DNA from: an uncultured Methanomassiliicoccales archaeon
Lineage (GTDB): Archaea > Thermoplasmatota > Thermoplasmata > Methanomassiliicoccales > UBA472
Reading direction: 5' to 3'
NCBI GenBank assembly: GCA_963695345.1
Contig: OY968769.1
Location: 224,001-288,000, forward strand
DNA: 64,000 nucleotides
Positions 10,231 to 19,916 of this stretch are shown here, one piece after another (the first letter of the stretch is position 1; each line of letters starts with the position of its first letter). A model generated the notes under the pieces. It was not told the origin of the DNA and searched no databases. It was given only the letters and a program-made list of their open reading frames with translations. A program made the position numbers and the translations under genes.

Positions 10231-10639
10231 GGCATCTCATACGTCCTCGGTCTGGATTATGCATGTCTGATATTAGACACCATACAAAGCCAGACAGATA
10301 GGGGACCGGCGTTGGATCGGCACTCATAGGGCTCATCATATCCTTTCGGATCAGCTGACCCTCTTCTCTTCATCTCCAAGCTTCTTCTGCCGGAGTCCCC
10401 TATGATCCCATGTCATGACTGGCTGTTGCTTAAAGGTTTGGTAGTGTCATGAAAGCGGGTGATCCTGTAAGGGATTGATGGGAGCCGTGGGCCATAATTG
10501 TCGGTGTTGTGAATAGGACAGAGAATCGACGAATTGACAAAGCGCCGACAGAAAAGTTAATTCGTTTTCGGAGATAAGCATCCTTTACCGCATAACGGCA
10601 CGCCACTATGCGGTGCAACAAACATTTGGTGAACTTAAC

Positions 10640-10792
10640 ATGAAGAAGAAATCTCTGAGCATGATGAAGAGCAAGTTCGTGGGACTCCCCTACTCGCTAA
10701 CAGTCGCGCACCAGATCGAATCCAACGGTTACGGGTTCGTGGTGTCAATGGAGACCGGGACCATCCGCGACGTGTTCGAGCCTGGGGAGTAA
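10640..10792 (+). CDS. Putative 50-aa small protein MKKKSLSMMKSKFVGLPYSLTVAHQIESNGYGFVVSMETGTIRDVFEPGE (absent from ORF track)
   Basis: GGTGA SD at 10628-10632, ATG at 10640, TAA at 10790-10792, AT-rich region upstream, T-tract near 10805. Confidence 0.6.
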   Translation: MKKKSLSMMKSKFVGLPYSLTVAHQIESNGYGFVVSMETGTIRDVFEPGE

Positions 10793-11009
10793 TCGGGAAC
10801 GGGGTTTTTTAGATGAAGCTGCCATTGCGAAGACGGTGCGGGGACATGTTCTTGGAACAGGATCTGGTAGCTTTCAAATTCGTTCAAAGACGGTAGGCCG
10901 AGGAGGCCATTGTCCTAATTGTGGCCTTATTCCCAATTCCATTCCCTGGGCACATCCGGTAAATATTGGATTATCGGTACGTCGCTGGATCGAAAGAAGG
11001 CCTCTGAGG

Positions 11010-11360
11010 ATGGAAGCGGAGAACATCATATTTGCTATCACGTACGTCGCGCTCGGACTCTTATTGATGGCCATATCCGACCCGCTGAAAAAAGGTAAGG
11101 TGGCCATGAACCACTTCTACGGGGTCCGGCTGAAGAAGAGCTTCACTTCGGAGAAGAACTGGTACCTGATGAATTCATACGGGGGAAGGCAGCTTCAGAT
11201 CTGGTCCGTGGTACTGGTTGTTCTGGGCATCCTGGCCTTATTCATCCCGTTTGACGGCAATGAATCGGTGATCATCCTGTTCGCGTTCCTGCCTGTTGTA
11301 GTCCTAGTGGTCCCGACAATACTGATCGTTCGGTATTCCAGGACTTTGGACGATTTCTGA
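11010..11360 (+). CDS. SdpI/YhfL-family membrane protein (peptide-toxin immunity-like)
   Basis: NHFYGVRLKKSFTSEKNWYLMNSYGG matches the SdpI motif; three TM helices. Confidence 0.8.
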   Translation: MEAENIIFAITYVALGLLLMAISDPLKKGKVAMNHFYGVRLKKSFTSEKNWYLMNSYGGRQLQIWSVVLVVLGILALFIPFDGNESVIILFAFLPVVVLVVPTILIVRYSRTLDDF

Positions 11361-11479
11361 CCTTCAGGAAGACCGGTGAAGTCTCAAGGGTTTGGTTGAA
11401 ATCATCAGAAATGGATAGGAAAGGGTATCCATTCGGCCAGGTCCACCATTGCATAGCTGAATGATGGTCATTCCCCTCG

Positions 11480-11817
11480 CGGATCCGCTCACTCCTTGAA
11501 CCGGCATCCCCGTGACGAAGAGCACGACCGTAACGGCACGGTGACCATAAGGCCGATAACCAGATTGCGCAGGACGACCTCAACATAAGCTGGCTCCTCT
11601 GTAGATTACTCCCTCAAGAGGTCCGCGATGTATGTAGCAGGCATCAGATGAACCAGGACGTCCAGCACTCCTGTCGAGCTATCAATCGGCATTATTCCAC
11701 AGGGGAACCGCTGGGAGAACCTGTTCGTCTCTGCCTGGCCGACATCTTTGGGCTGGACAACTGAAAATGCCCGACCACCATGACGCCGAAGGCTCTGCCG
11801 AGGAGTTGTCCTAGCAT
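11480..11817 (-). pseudogene. Degraded remnant of an ABC-2 type permease
   Basis: Broken frames read AFGVMV / PKDVGQAE..RFPCGIMPIDSSTGVLDVLVHLMPATYIADLLRE* / VVLRNLVIGLMVTV, resembling an ABC-2 permease C-terminus; contains an internal stop and shifts. Confidence 0.45.
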
Positions 11818-11862
11818 AGCAAGTTTGATGCCCCAGCGGATGAATATGATCGAACGATCACC

Positions 11863-12108
11863 ATGCCCAGCGCGATAGTGATTCTGAATACGGACATTGG
11901 CAAGGAGAACGAGGTGGCGGAGTCCATCAGCAAACTTCCTGGTGTGGAGTCGTCCCATGTGGTTTACGGGTTGTACGACATTGTGGCCAAGGTAACTTCC
12001 AGAACGAACGAAGAGTTCGATACGATGATCATGAGCAGGATAAGGCAGATCCCGTTCGTGCGTTCCACGCTTACCCTGATCGTTAGCCGGGAATACAAAA
12101 GAACATGA
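11863..12108 (+). CDS. Stand-alone Lrp/AsnC ligand-binding (RAM) domain protein
   Basis: 81 aa; LPGVESSHVVYGLYDIVAKV...IRQIPFVRSTLTLI; no HTH. Confidence 0.9.
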   Translation: MPSAIVILNTDIGKENEVAESISKLPGVESSHVVYGLYDIVAKVTSRTNEEFDTMIMSRIRQIPFVRSTLTLIVSREYKRT

Positions 12109-12152
12109 CCGGATGAGACATACGGCACCTCAAGCAAGAGTAGGGTGAGCGA

Positions 12153-12788
12153 TTGGACAAGTTCTCGGAGGACCTCGAGTCCTTGATCGAGCGTCTCGTG
12201 AAGGATGCGGAACCGGAGGTAGAGGAGAGCATCAGAAGACTCGAGGAACGGCTGGTCGAACTGCGGGAGAAGAACCTGCTGAAGATCAACCACTCGGTGC
12301 TGGAGCTTATCGTCGCCAAGTTCCTCATCTGTGACGGATTCGATGTGGACCTGGAGCATGTCCTCGATTCCGGACTGAGCTGCGACGTCTACGCGGTGAA
12401 GGGAGACGGAACACTGATCGTCGAGGTGGAGACCGGATTCGTCCCGCCCGCACACGCCCTGGACCCGATGGACTACATCCGGGCGAGGATCGCCAGCAAG
12501 ATCGCGCGCTACAGCAACCATTGCCATAAGTTCAGCCTGGCCGCCCCGCCGCACTACATCATGCCGGTTCCCCGGTTCTTCGTCAGGCCGCCCCGCACCC
12601 GTTCCGAAGAGGAGCTGGAATGGATAAAACGCTATTGCGATATGTACTACACGAGACCACCGGTGTCGATGGACGAGATCCTGAACTCCAGGATACATAG
12701 CGTACAGATCATCGATGTGGACACCGCCACCGTCAGGGATATCGATCCGGTCAGCTACATTGAGCGATGCGAGAAGTGGTACGTCTGA
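12153..12788 (+). CDS. Conserved archaeal hypothetical protein with a PD-(D/E)XK-like motif
   Basis: TTG start after GGTGA; CDVYAVKGDGTLIVEVETGFVPP; coding-like composition. Confidence 0.7.
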   Translation: MDKFSEDLESLIERLVKDAEPEVEESIRRLEERLVELREKNLLKINHSVLELIVAKFLICDGFDVDLEHVLDSGLSCDVYAVKGDGTLIVEVETGFVPPAHALDPMDYIRARIASKIARYSNHCHKFSLAAPPHYIMPVPRFFVRPPRTRSEEELEWIKRYCDMYYTRPPVSMDEILNSRIHSVQIIDVDTATVRDIDPVSYIERCEKWYV

Positions 12789-12863
12789 GTGTTGGATGGC
12801 GCTTCCTTTTTGAGCTACCGCTTGCAGTAACTGGATCCATCCCCTCGGTCGATGCCGGGTCTC

Positions 12864-14117
12864 TCAGGTGTATGCGACCCTGCTCTGATCGACCGAAAGA
12901 TGCCCGACCAGGCCTTCCAACGCTTGCCTGGTGGCCTCCTTGGGCTCGCTATCGTTCTGGTAGCCCATGGTCACCGACATCGCCCCGCGGAATGTGGAGG
13001 CCACGAAGCAGGTGGAAGGCATCAGCGAACCGGGATAGCAGACGTAAGCATCCCTCAGACCGCTGACCGCCGGAAGGGAGAATGAACCGGGATTTGAGAT
13101 GAAGATATTGGAAAGACCGTCGTTCTGCCTCCTCGCCATCTCCTGGACCATGCGGTGCACGACCTCGCCTTCCGGGTCTGAGAAACGGTCGAAGGCCACC
13201 TGTTCCCGGATGCCGACCAGACCTGCTTTCAGGCGTTTCGTTTCCTTGATGACCTTGGCCATCGTCGCCTCCGTCCCCTCTCCCGTTTCCCTGCTGATCG
13301 GGAAGGATATGTTGGCCGCCTGGTTGCTCATGATCCTGGTGCCGTCGGTCAAGATGCCTGCCGGAGGTTCACCGGGAACGACAGGTTGTATACCCCGCGG
13401 TCGCCGGTCATGTCGCTCAGCGAGAGGAAGTAAGCGGACAAAAGCAGATCGTTGATCGTGCCTCCGCAGGCGTTTGCCGCCTGTTTGATCCGCTGGACAT
13501 CCTCATGAGGGATGACCGCCCGGTGGTATGATGAGGGCTGTTGGGACCGGCCGCAAATGGAAGGCCACATCGAATTTTCAATATCCAGCGCCGCATCCGG
13601 TACTTCGCTGTCCTTGATGAGGTCCGCCGTCCACAGGGTGTCCCTGACCGGAAGGCCGGCGCTCATTCCGTGGGACCGAGGTAGGATCGAGATATGCTTC
13701 CAGGAGGGTGTTGGCCATCACCATCAGACCGAAACCGTCGGCGGCCGCGTGGGCAAGGTTGATGATTACCACATCGCGGTCCGGCGTGCGGAGAAGCCTG
13801 ATCTTGGACTGCGCTTTGCCATACGGGTCCATGGCCAATGGGACGAAGGGACGATAGTCCCGTTCCTGGATGAAATTGACCGAGAATAGCTCGTCGTTTC
13901 CCTGCTTGTCCATGAGCTCCCAGTAGGCGGGACCGCGCCCCCGGACCAATCTGGAGCCGAGGATCGGGAAGGCGTCCGTGCATCGGGTGGCCGCCTCGAA
14001 CAATCTGCCCATGTCAAGACGGCGGTCGAACTCCATAACGGCGATCATCGTTGCATCTCCCATCAAACGGACCGAGTCGGTGAAGAGGTCGAGCGATGAT
14101 GCCGGCTGGCGCTGCAT
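12864..14117 (-). CDS. Stand-alone condensation-domain / CoA-dependent acyltransferase; frameshifted
   Basis: INLAHAAADGFG (HxxxDG motif), GTINDLLLSAY, FPVNLRQ and ISNPG; spread over ORFs 13578-14183, 13349-13666 and 12864-13352. Confidence 0.8.
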
Positions 14118-14319
14118 GCCCCGATGAACAGGGGTTCTTTTATTAATTGAATATGGAACGGTTCCATTTTCCGAAAATGTCACGTTTTAGAGCGGTATGG
14201 AACAAGCCTTGACCGGAACGGAATAGAGGGCGCTGAATGGCGTGGATCCACGAACCGACAAGATGAGAACGGTACGGAATCAACTTTGAAATAATAGCGT
14301 GACATTCGTTCACATGCCT

Positions 14320-14946
14320 ATGATCGATTCGGCACTGGTGTTCCTGGCGTCCGTCGCTGTCATCACCGTCTCCGGAGCGTTCATGCCCGGTCCTTTGTTC
14401 GCCGCCACCATCGCTAAGAGCTACAACGATCCCAGGGCGGGGATAAAGGTGACCGCGGGGCATGCGGCCATCGAAGTGCCCCTCATAGTCGCCATCTTCC
14501 TCGGGTTCGATCTTGTCCTTAGGGACCAGACGGTGTTTGCCTACATCGCTCTTATTGGCGGCATCATCCTAATGTACATGGGAGTGTCGGAGCTCAGGGC
14601 CAGGAAGGCCATCGTACAGGAGAGGGACGACGGTCAGGGTTCGTTCACCACCGGCATGATAACCACCATAACGAATCCCTACTGGGTCTTCTGGTGGGCG
14701 ACGGTCGGAGCCGCGCTGGTGACCACCGCCATCGGTTATGGGCTGATCATCCTCCCGATGTTCATCGCCACGCATCTGGCGGTCGACCTCGGATGGAACC
14801 ATTTCGTGGCCACCACTGTCTACCGGTCGAAGGGACTGTGGGATCACAAATGGCACGAGTACCTTATCCTGGCTGCGGCGATCATCATGATCTTCTTCGC
14901 ACTGTACTTCCTGTACAGCTCGATAACCACACTGGTAAGGTTCTGA
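14320..14946 (+). CDS. LysE/RhtB-family exporter
   Basis: SGAFMPGPLF, GHAAIE and TITNPYWVFWW motifs; hydrophobic. Confidence 0.9.
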   Translation: MIDSALVFLASVAVITVSGAFMPGPLFAATIAKSYNDPRAGIKVTAGHAAIEVPLIVAIFLGFDLVLRDQTVFAYIALIGGIILMYMGVSELRARKAIVQERDDGQGSFTTGMITTITNPYWVFWWATVGAALVTTAIGYGLIILPMFIATHLAVDLGWNHFVATTVYRSKGLWDHKWHEYLILAAAIIMIFFALYFLYSSITTLVRF

Positions 14947-15197
14947 ACGAGCACGGTGGTTGCAGGACCTCCGATGGTGCTCGGAATAGACGATGCGGCT
15001 ACATTATCTGAAATGCTTACCGGTCATGAATCGAAAGGACCAGGTATCAAACCTCATCTGGGGAACGATTGTTCACATCCATATGTGATTCCGGTAGATT
15101 TGTCCAGGACCTTTTCGTCCCCGTTTGAGCTCATGAGAAAGTGGATACCCACACTCATAAAGTTAAGTACCGCTCAACGATTTACCTGTCCGTATAA

Positions 15198-15590
15198 ATG
15201 TCCCGGGCGTACAAGGACCACAAGATCTATTCATGCTTCGCGCTCAATCTTCTAGTCTCGAAGCTGAACATCGACCTGTACCAGGACCATCTGGAGGAAA
15301 AGATCGACCGGATACTCTCGGAACATTCTGGAGGGATCTCCAAGGAGGAGATCAAGCATGAGATCCGCTCTAACCACTTCATGACCAACAAGGTCATCGA
15401 GAGATTGGTGGAGGACCGGCTGGTCACCGTCGAGGCCAAGGAAGGGCGCTATGATGTTAGGATCACCAAGGAAGGGGTGCTCCACATTCGTAAGTACAAC
15501 GAGTTCTTCCTGAGCATGTACCGGGAGCAGATCGAGGAGCACTACCAATACAGCGGCATGCCTCACTGGGCCCGGGGCAAGGGACGGTGA
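15198..15590 (+). CDS. Winged-helix DNA-binding protein
   Basis: GGISKEEIKHEIRSNHFMTNKVIERLVEDRLVTV...VRITKEG wHTH pattern. Confidence 0.7.
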   Translation: MSRAYKDHKIYSCFALNLLVSKLNIDLYQDHLEEKIDRILSEHSGGISKEEIKHEIRSNHFMTNKVIERLVEDRLVTVEAKEGRYDVRITKEGVLHIRKYNEFFLSMYREQIEEHYQYSGMPHWARGKGR

Positions 15591-16399
15591 GGATCGGCGA
15601 TGAACGGGATGAACTCGTATGTGCCATCCTCGTTCTCGATCACCAGCTCCATCGTCGAGATGAATGTGCGGCCCATATGATTGAACTGCATCGATGAATT
15701 GGTGAGCATCTCATAGGCCGCTTCGGACAGGTCCTGGTCCCTCGCCCTGGTCCACAGGGCTATCACCCGCGACGGCGGCATTCTCGTGCTTGCGCACACA
15801 TCATCCACCGCCCTTTTCATCGCCACCAGGTCCTCGACCCGGGGAGCGGCGGCGAATTGCTTGACGAACAGCTGGTATCCGGGATATCCCATCCCGAAGA
15901 AGCCCCATAGGATGCCGTGGTCGACGCTCACCTGGAGGTCGAACTGGTACATCAGGCCGCTCCTGCCGCGAAGGACGACCGGAGACGGCGCGGAGAACAG
16001 GGACCGCATCATGTCCGGGTTGCGCGCGCCCAGATAGGACCGGAGCCGGTCCAGCGGAGTGTTCCCTTTCGGAACGTAGAGCACGGGGTCCGCGTCCCTG
16101 ACGGCGAGGATGACGTTGTGGCGCATGGCATAGTATTTGAAGAAGTCATTGAGCTGGCGGATGAGCGCGATGGTGGCTATTCCCAGAATGAAGAAGCCTA
16201 TCAGAACGATCCCGATCAACGGGTTGCTCCCGATGGTCGCCAGTATCAGGATGAAATCGAGCAGCAGCCAAAAACCGATGAAGATGGTGGAATAGGTTAC
16301 CAGCTTCCTGATCTTCGGGGCCTCTTTGTTGACATCGTCGGCCAGCTCGAAGATCGCGGAGATGGGGTTCTCCACCGCCCTGATGTCAGCTGAGCTCAT
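15563..16399 (-). CDS. Hypothetical two-TM protein with a C-terminal restriction-endonuclease-like domain
   Basis: Two N-terminal TM helices; LRGRSGLMYQFDL resembles the G-x-SG-x-x-[HY]-x-FD start of Mrr-like domains; start set at MSSADIRAVENP. Confidence 0.6.
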   Translation of the reverse strand: MSSADIRAVENPISAIFELADDVNKEAPKIRKLVTYSTIFIGFWLLLDFILILATIGSNPLIGIVLIGFFILGIATIALIRQLNDFFKYYAMRHNVILAVRDADPVLYVPKGNTPLDRLRSYLGARNPDMMRSLFSAPSPVVLRGRSGLMYQFDLQVSVDHGILWGFFGMGYPGYQLFVKQFAAAPRVEDLVAMKRAVDDVCASTRMPPSRVIALWTRARDQDLSEAAYEMLTNSSMQFNHMGRTFISTMELVIENEDGTYEFIPFIADPHRPLPRAQ

Positions 16400-16502
16400 T
16401 CCTAGCGAACTCGGAATCATGATATATAAAACCCTAAGAAAGATTGTTGAGTAACAATCCTGCATGGCGGGATAAGACCCCGAGGCCGAATATCGTCCCA
16501 AG

Positions 16503-18008
16503 ATGAAAACCATGAGGTCCACTTACATAGGCATTGCATCGGTCCTTGCCGTAGCCCTCCTGATCTCGGGGAGCATGGCAGGCATCGCGAGCGCGGCACC
16601 GTCCGATCCGATGGACAATATCCGGATCGAACAGGGAACGACATCCGAATTCGGGGGCGGCTCGTACGTGGCCGTGAACATGACGGACGGCACCAACATG
16701 GCCTGGTTCGGTGTGGTTTACGGTTCCGAGGGGAGCCCTGGACCGATAACCCTGGGCGGGCTCAACCTGAGATACCTGGGAGGGGCCCAGGTGATGAACA
16801 GTGAAGGGACCGTGCTGGTCGACGCCGTCCCGATACCTATTCTGACAGCGTTCGCACAGCAGATGTTCGGCATCGTGGAGTTCAACGATACCGGTTATAA
16901 GGTCGCTGTCGGCAACGCTTCCCAGACCTGGGGGGCGAACAACGGTTTGTTCGACTTCAGCACGAACAAGCGGATCTTCGCCGACAACGATCCGACGGCC
17001 AAGTACGAACCGATCTACAAATACGTGGAGCTGAAGCAGGCCTGGAAGCTGTCACCGGTGGAGATCGTGAACAATGAGGTCGAACAGACCAAGCACATCA
17101 CCTTCTCATTGTATGTGGAGAATGTCACATATACCAAGGTCTATGACCCGAACTTCCTGTTCGGGCCGCAGTGGAGGAACGGAACCGTTGAGGACGGGAC
17201 GGTCGCCAAGATCGCCTTCGTTTTCCACATCACCGCCTCCGCCAGATCGGTAACCGCCGAGGTGCCGTTCTACTCGGTCAAGATCGACAACAGCAAGGTC
17301 GTCTCCTCCGCACAGATCCAGTCAAGGAACTACACGGGCGTCGCGACGCAGACCGACTTCAAGTACGACCATATCGTGAACGGCTGGGACTTCTCATCCT
17401 CTGCCCCGACCGAGCGGCTGATGCTGGAGAACGGCATCTTCTATGCGGTCTACGTTCCCAAGGTCGTCGAACAATGGTATAACGCCCAGTTCATCAAGAA
17501 CCATGTCGATGGCGGAGCTGGCGTGATGGAATACAAGGATGCGAACGGTACGCAGATCGCCAGTGACCCTTCCCAGGTGCCATCGAAGGCTACCATGATC
17601 ACCAAGGACGGCATCAACTTCAAGGACAACTGGGAGAAGACCGGCGCCCTGACCTGGGTTTCGAACGTGACCGTCGACGGGCAGGAAAAACTGATGTCCT
17701 ACCAGATACACGCCGGCGACAAGACGATCGTCCCGGTCGAGGAGAACAAGGGGGACGGCTTCGCCAAGCTGTGGGTGGTCCTGGGCGGTTACATCTATCC
17801 GGCCGGAATGAGCATCATGCACGACCCGGTCCTCTCACTGGGCAGCGTACAACTGGAAATGGGCCAGGGAGCCGCCATAGTGGTCGTGGCGATTGTTGCG
17901 GCCATCGTGATCTGCGGGGTTTGCGTCCTGGGCGTGTTGATGCTGAGGTGGAGCTCCCGCAAGAGGAACCAGAAGACCGGAGGCCAGGTCCCGCCGCCGT
18001 TCAGGTAG
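16503..18008 (+). CDS. Secreted beta-rich cell-surface protein with C-terminal TM anchor
   Basis: Signal peptide (ASAAP), many N-x-S/T sequons, C-terminal TM followed by a basic tail; 501 aa. Confidence 0.8.
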   Translation: MKTMRSTYIGIASVLAVALLISGSMAGIASAAPSDPMDNIRIEQGTTSEFGGGSYVAVNMTDGTNMAWFGVVYGSEGSPGPITLGGLNLRYLGGAQVMNSEGTVLVDAVPIPILTAFAQQMFGIVEFNDTGYKVAVGNASQTWGANNGLFDFSTNKRIFADNDPTAKYEPIYKYVELKQAWKLSPVEIVNNEVEQTKHITFSLYVENVTYTKVYDPNFLFGPQWRNGTVEDGTVAKIAFVFHITASARSVTAEVPFYSVKIDNSKVVSSAQIQSRNYTGVATQTDFKYDHIVNGWDFSSSAPTERLMLENGIFYAVYVPKVVEQWYNAQFIKNHVDGGAGVMEYKDANGTQIASDPSQVPSKATMITKDGINFKDNWEKTGALTWVSNVTVDGQEKLMSYQIHAGDKTIVPVEENKGDGFAKLWVVLGGYIYPAGMSIMHDPVLSLGSVQLEMGQGAAIVVVAIVAAIVICGVCVLGVLMLRWSSRKRNQKTGGQVPPPFR

Positions 18009-18177
18009 GTCAGTGGCGGAAGAAACCCTTTCCACCATTTCTCGAAGGCAGAAGCCCTTCCTATCAAATTCGATATTCCAGATGGTCGGATCAGTGACGG
18101 GACAAGAATTGACCTAGTTGCTGACCACAGGTCATTGACCGGCAATGATTTTTATCAAGGAACGTTTGTCGTTGCTC

Positions 18178-18666
18178 ATGGACCAAAAGATCGAGAGGTT
18201 GCTGCAAAAGTATTACGAGAAGGACTATTACGATTACCGAGAAGACCTGATCGCCGACCTTGGAGAACTGGATGATGATGCGATGGAGATCGCATTGGAG
18301 GCCCGGGTCAGCAAGATGTTACCCCTGGTCGACTCGATCGGGCACCAGTTGGACCTGACCTACCCAGACCTATCGGTCGAGGAGATCGTCCTGGCGATCA
18401 AGTACCTGATCGACGGCGAGATGGGCGGTTCGGTCATCATCTACGAGGATGAAGTGCTGGAGTTCCCGAAATTCACCAAGGAGGCGGAGCAGGTCGGGGA
18501 CAAGATAAACTCCTGGATCGAGGCGTTCATGAGCAAGAAACATGTGAACTTCGAGATCGTGGAGATCGTTTACGTGTTCGATGAGCTGATACGCGGTTTC
18601 CGCGGCAGCGAACAGGAGGACCAGTTCATCCTGATCCCGGAAGAGGAAGAGGACGAGGAGGACTGA
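18178..18666 (+). CDS. Highly acidic hypothetical protein
   Basis: Intact ORF with coding-like codon use and an E/D-rich tail. Confidence 0.7.
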   Translation: MDQKIERLLQKYYEKDYYDYREDLIADLGELDDDAMEIALEARVSKMLPLVDSIGHQLDLTYPDLSVEEIVLAIKYLIDGEMGGSVIIYEDEVLEFPKFTKEAEQVGDKINSWIEAFMSKKHVNFEIVEIVYVFDELIRGFRGSEQEDQFILIPEEEEDEED

Positions 18667-18901
18667 AAAACATAATTGCCGACCATGGCAAAATCCCAAC
18701 TCCTTTTCATTATTCCTTACGCTGATGACAATGATGTTCCATGAACGATCACCAACTCATCAGGAAGTTTTTAACTCATTTGGAAGAACTAACAGTCGAA
18801 GGTAAGTTGGTGCTCAGGCTCTCGTTTAGTTCGATCCGGTCAGGCCAATGGTGAAAAGATATCTGGAAACCGGCTACGGCCTGGAAAATTTACCGACCGC
18901 C

Positions 18902-19812
18902 TCAGTCGCCCCTGCCGATCTCCAGCATCCGCTCCAGGGGCTTCCTGGCCTTTTCGATCACGTCGTCTGACAGTTCGATCGCCGGCTGCAGGGTTTCCAA
19001 GCTCCTGATGATCATCTGCCTCGTGATCATCTTCATGGTCGGGCAGATCGCGCCTTCCACCTCGTAGAACCTCTTGGCGGGGTTCTCCATCCGCAACCGG
19101 TAGGTCATCGTGCCCTCGGTGGCAATGATGAATTCCTGGGCTTCAGATGATTTAGCGAAATTCAATATGCCCTCGGTGGAGGCCACTTTGTCGGCCATAT
19201 CGATGACCTCGGGCCGGCACTCCGGATGGACCACGACCAGAGCCTTGGGGTGGGATTTCTTGAGCAGGGTTATCGCCTCGGGCGAGATCAGGTCGTGGGT
19301 CGGACAGAATCCGGGCCAGACGATGATCTCCTTCTCCGGGAAGAATCTCTGCACATAGTAACCGAGATTGCAGTCGGGCACGAAGAGTATCTGCTTGGCA
19401 TCGATCTTGCTGACCACCTTGACAGCATTGGATGATGTGCAGCATACGTCGGTTTCCGCCTTGCAGGCGGCCGAGGTGTTGACATACGAGACGACGACCG
19501 CCTCCGGGTACTTCTCCCTGACCTCGTGCAGAGACTCCGCATCGCACATCGCCGCCATCGGGCATTTCGCCTGCGGCTCGGGCAGAATAACCGTCTTGGA
19601 TGGGTTAAGGACCTTCGCCGATTCGGCCATGAAATCGACGCCACAGAAGATGATGACATCTGCGGTGGTCAAAGTCGCCTGGATGGAAAGGCCTAGAGAA
19701 TCGCCTACGAAATCTGAGATTTCCTGGATCTCCGGGGGCTGATAGTTATGCGCCAGATATGACGGCGTTCCTTTTCCTTCTTCAGCTCCTGGATTCTTTC
19801 CCAGTCCTGCAT
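18902..19812 (-). CDS. nadA: Quinolinate synthase A (frameshift near the 5' end)
   Basis: LAHNYQPPEIQEISDFVGDSL, FCGVDFMAES, CPMA, YVNTSA, CPTH, HPEC and CPTMK. Confidence 0.95.
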
Positions 19813-19916
19813 TGGAATTGCGATGCCGAATTCGGTATTAAAAACTTGGTGGCCAACCCCGAGCCTCCGGGGCTGGCCTGGTGGTTACTGAGCTAAGACT
19901 TGTTCCGGCCCCAGTA

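Noticed and set aside
9703-11860. Provirus or integrated element around rusA
   Set aside because: No integrase, att repeats, tRNA target, or structural or replication genes are visible.
18720-18770. CTGATGA words suggesting a hammerhead ribozyme or C/D-box sRNA
   Set aside because: No correctly placed GAAA/stem III or D box; the two words simply form one inverted repeat.
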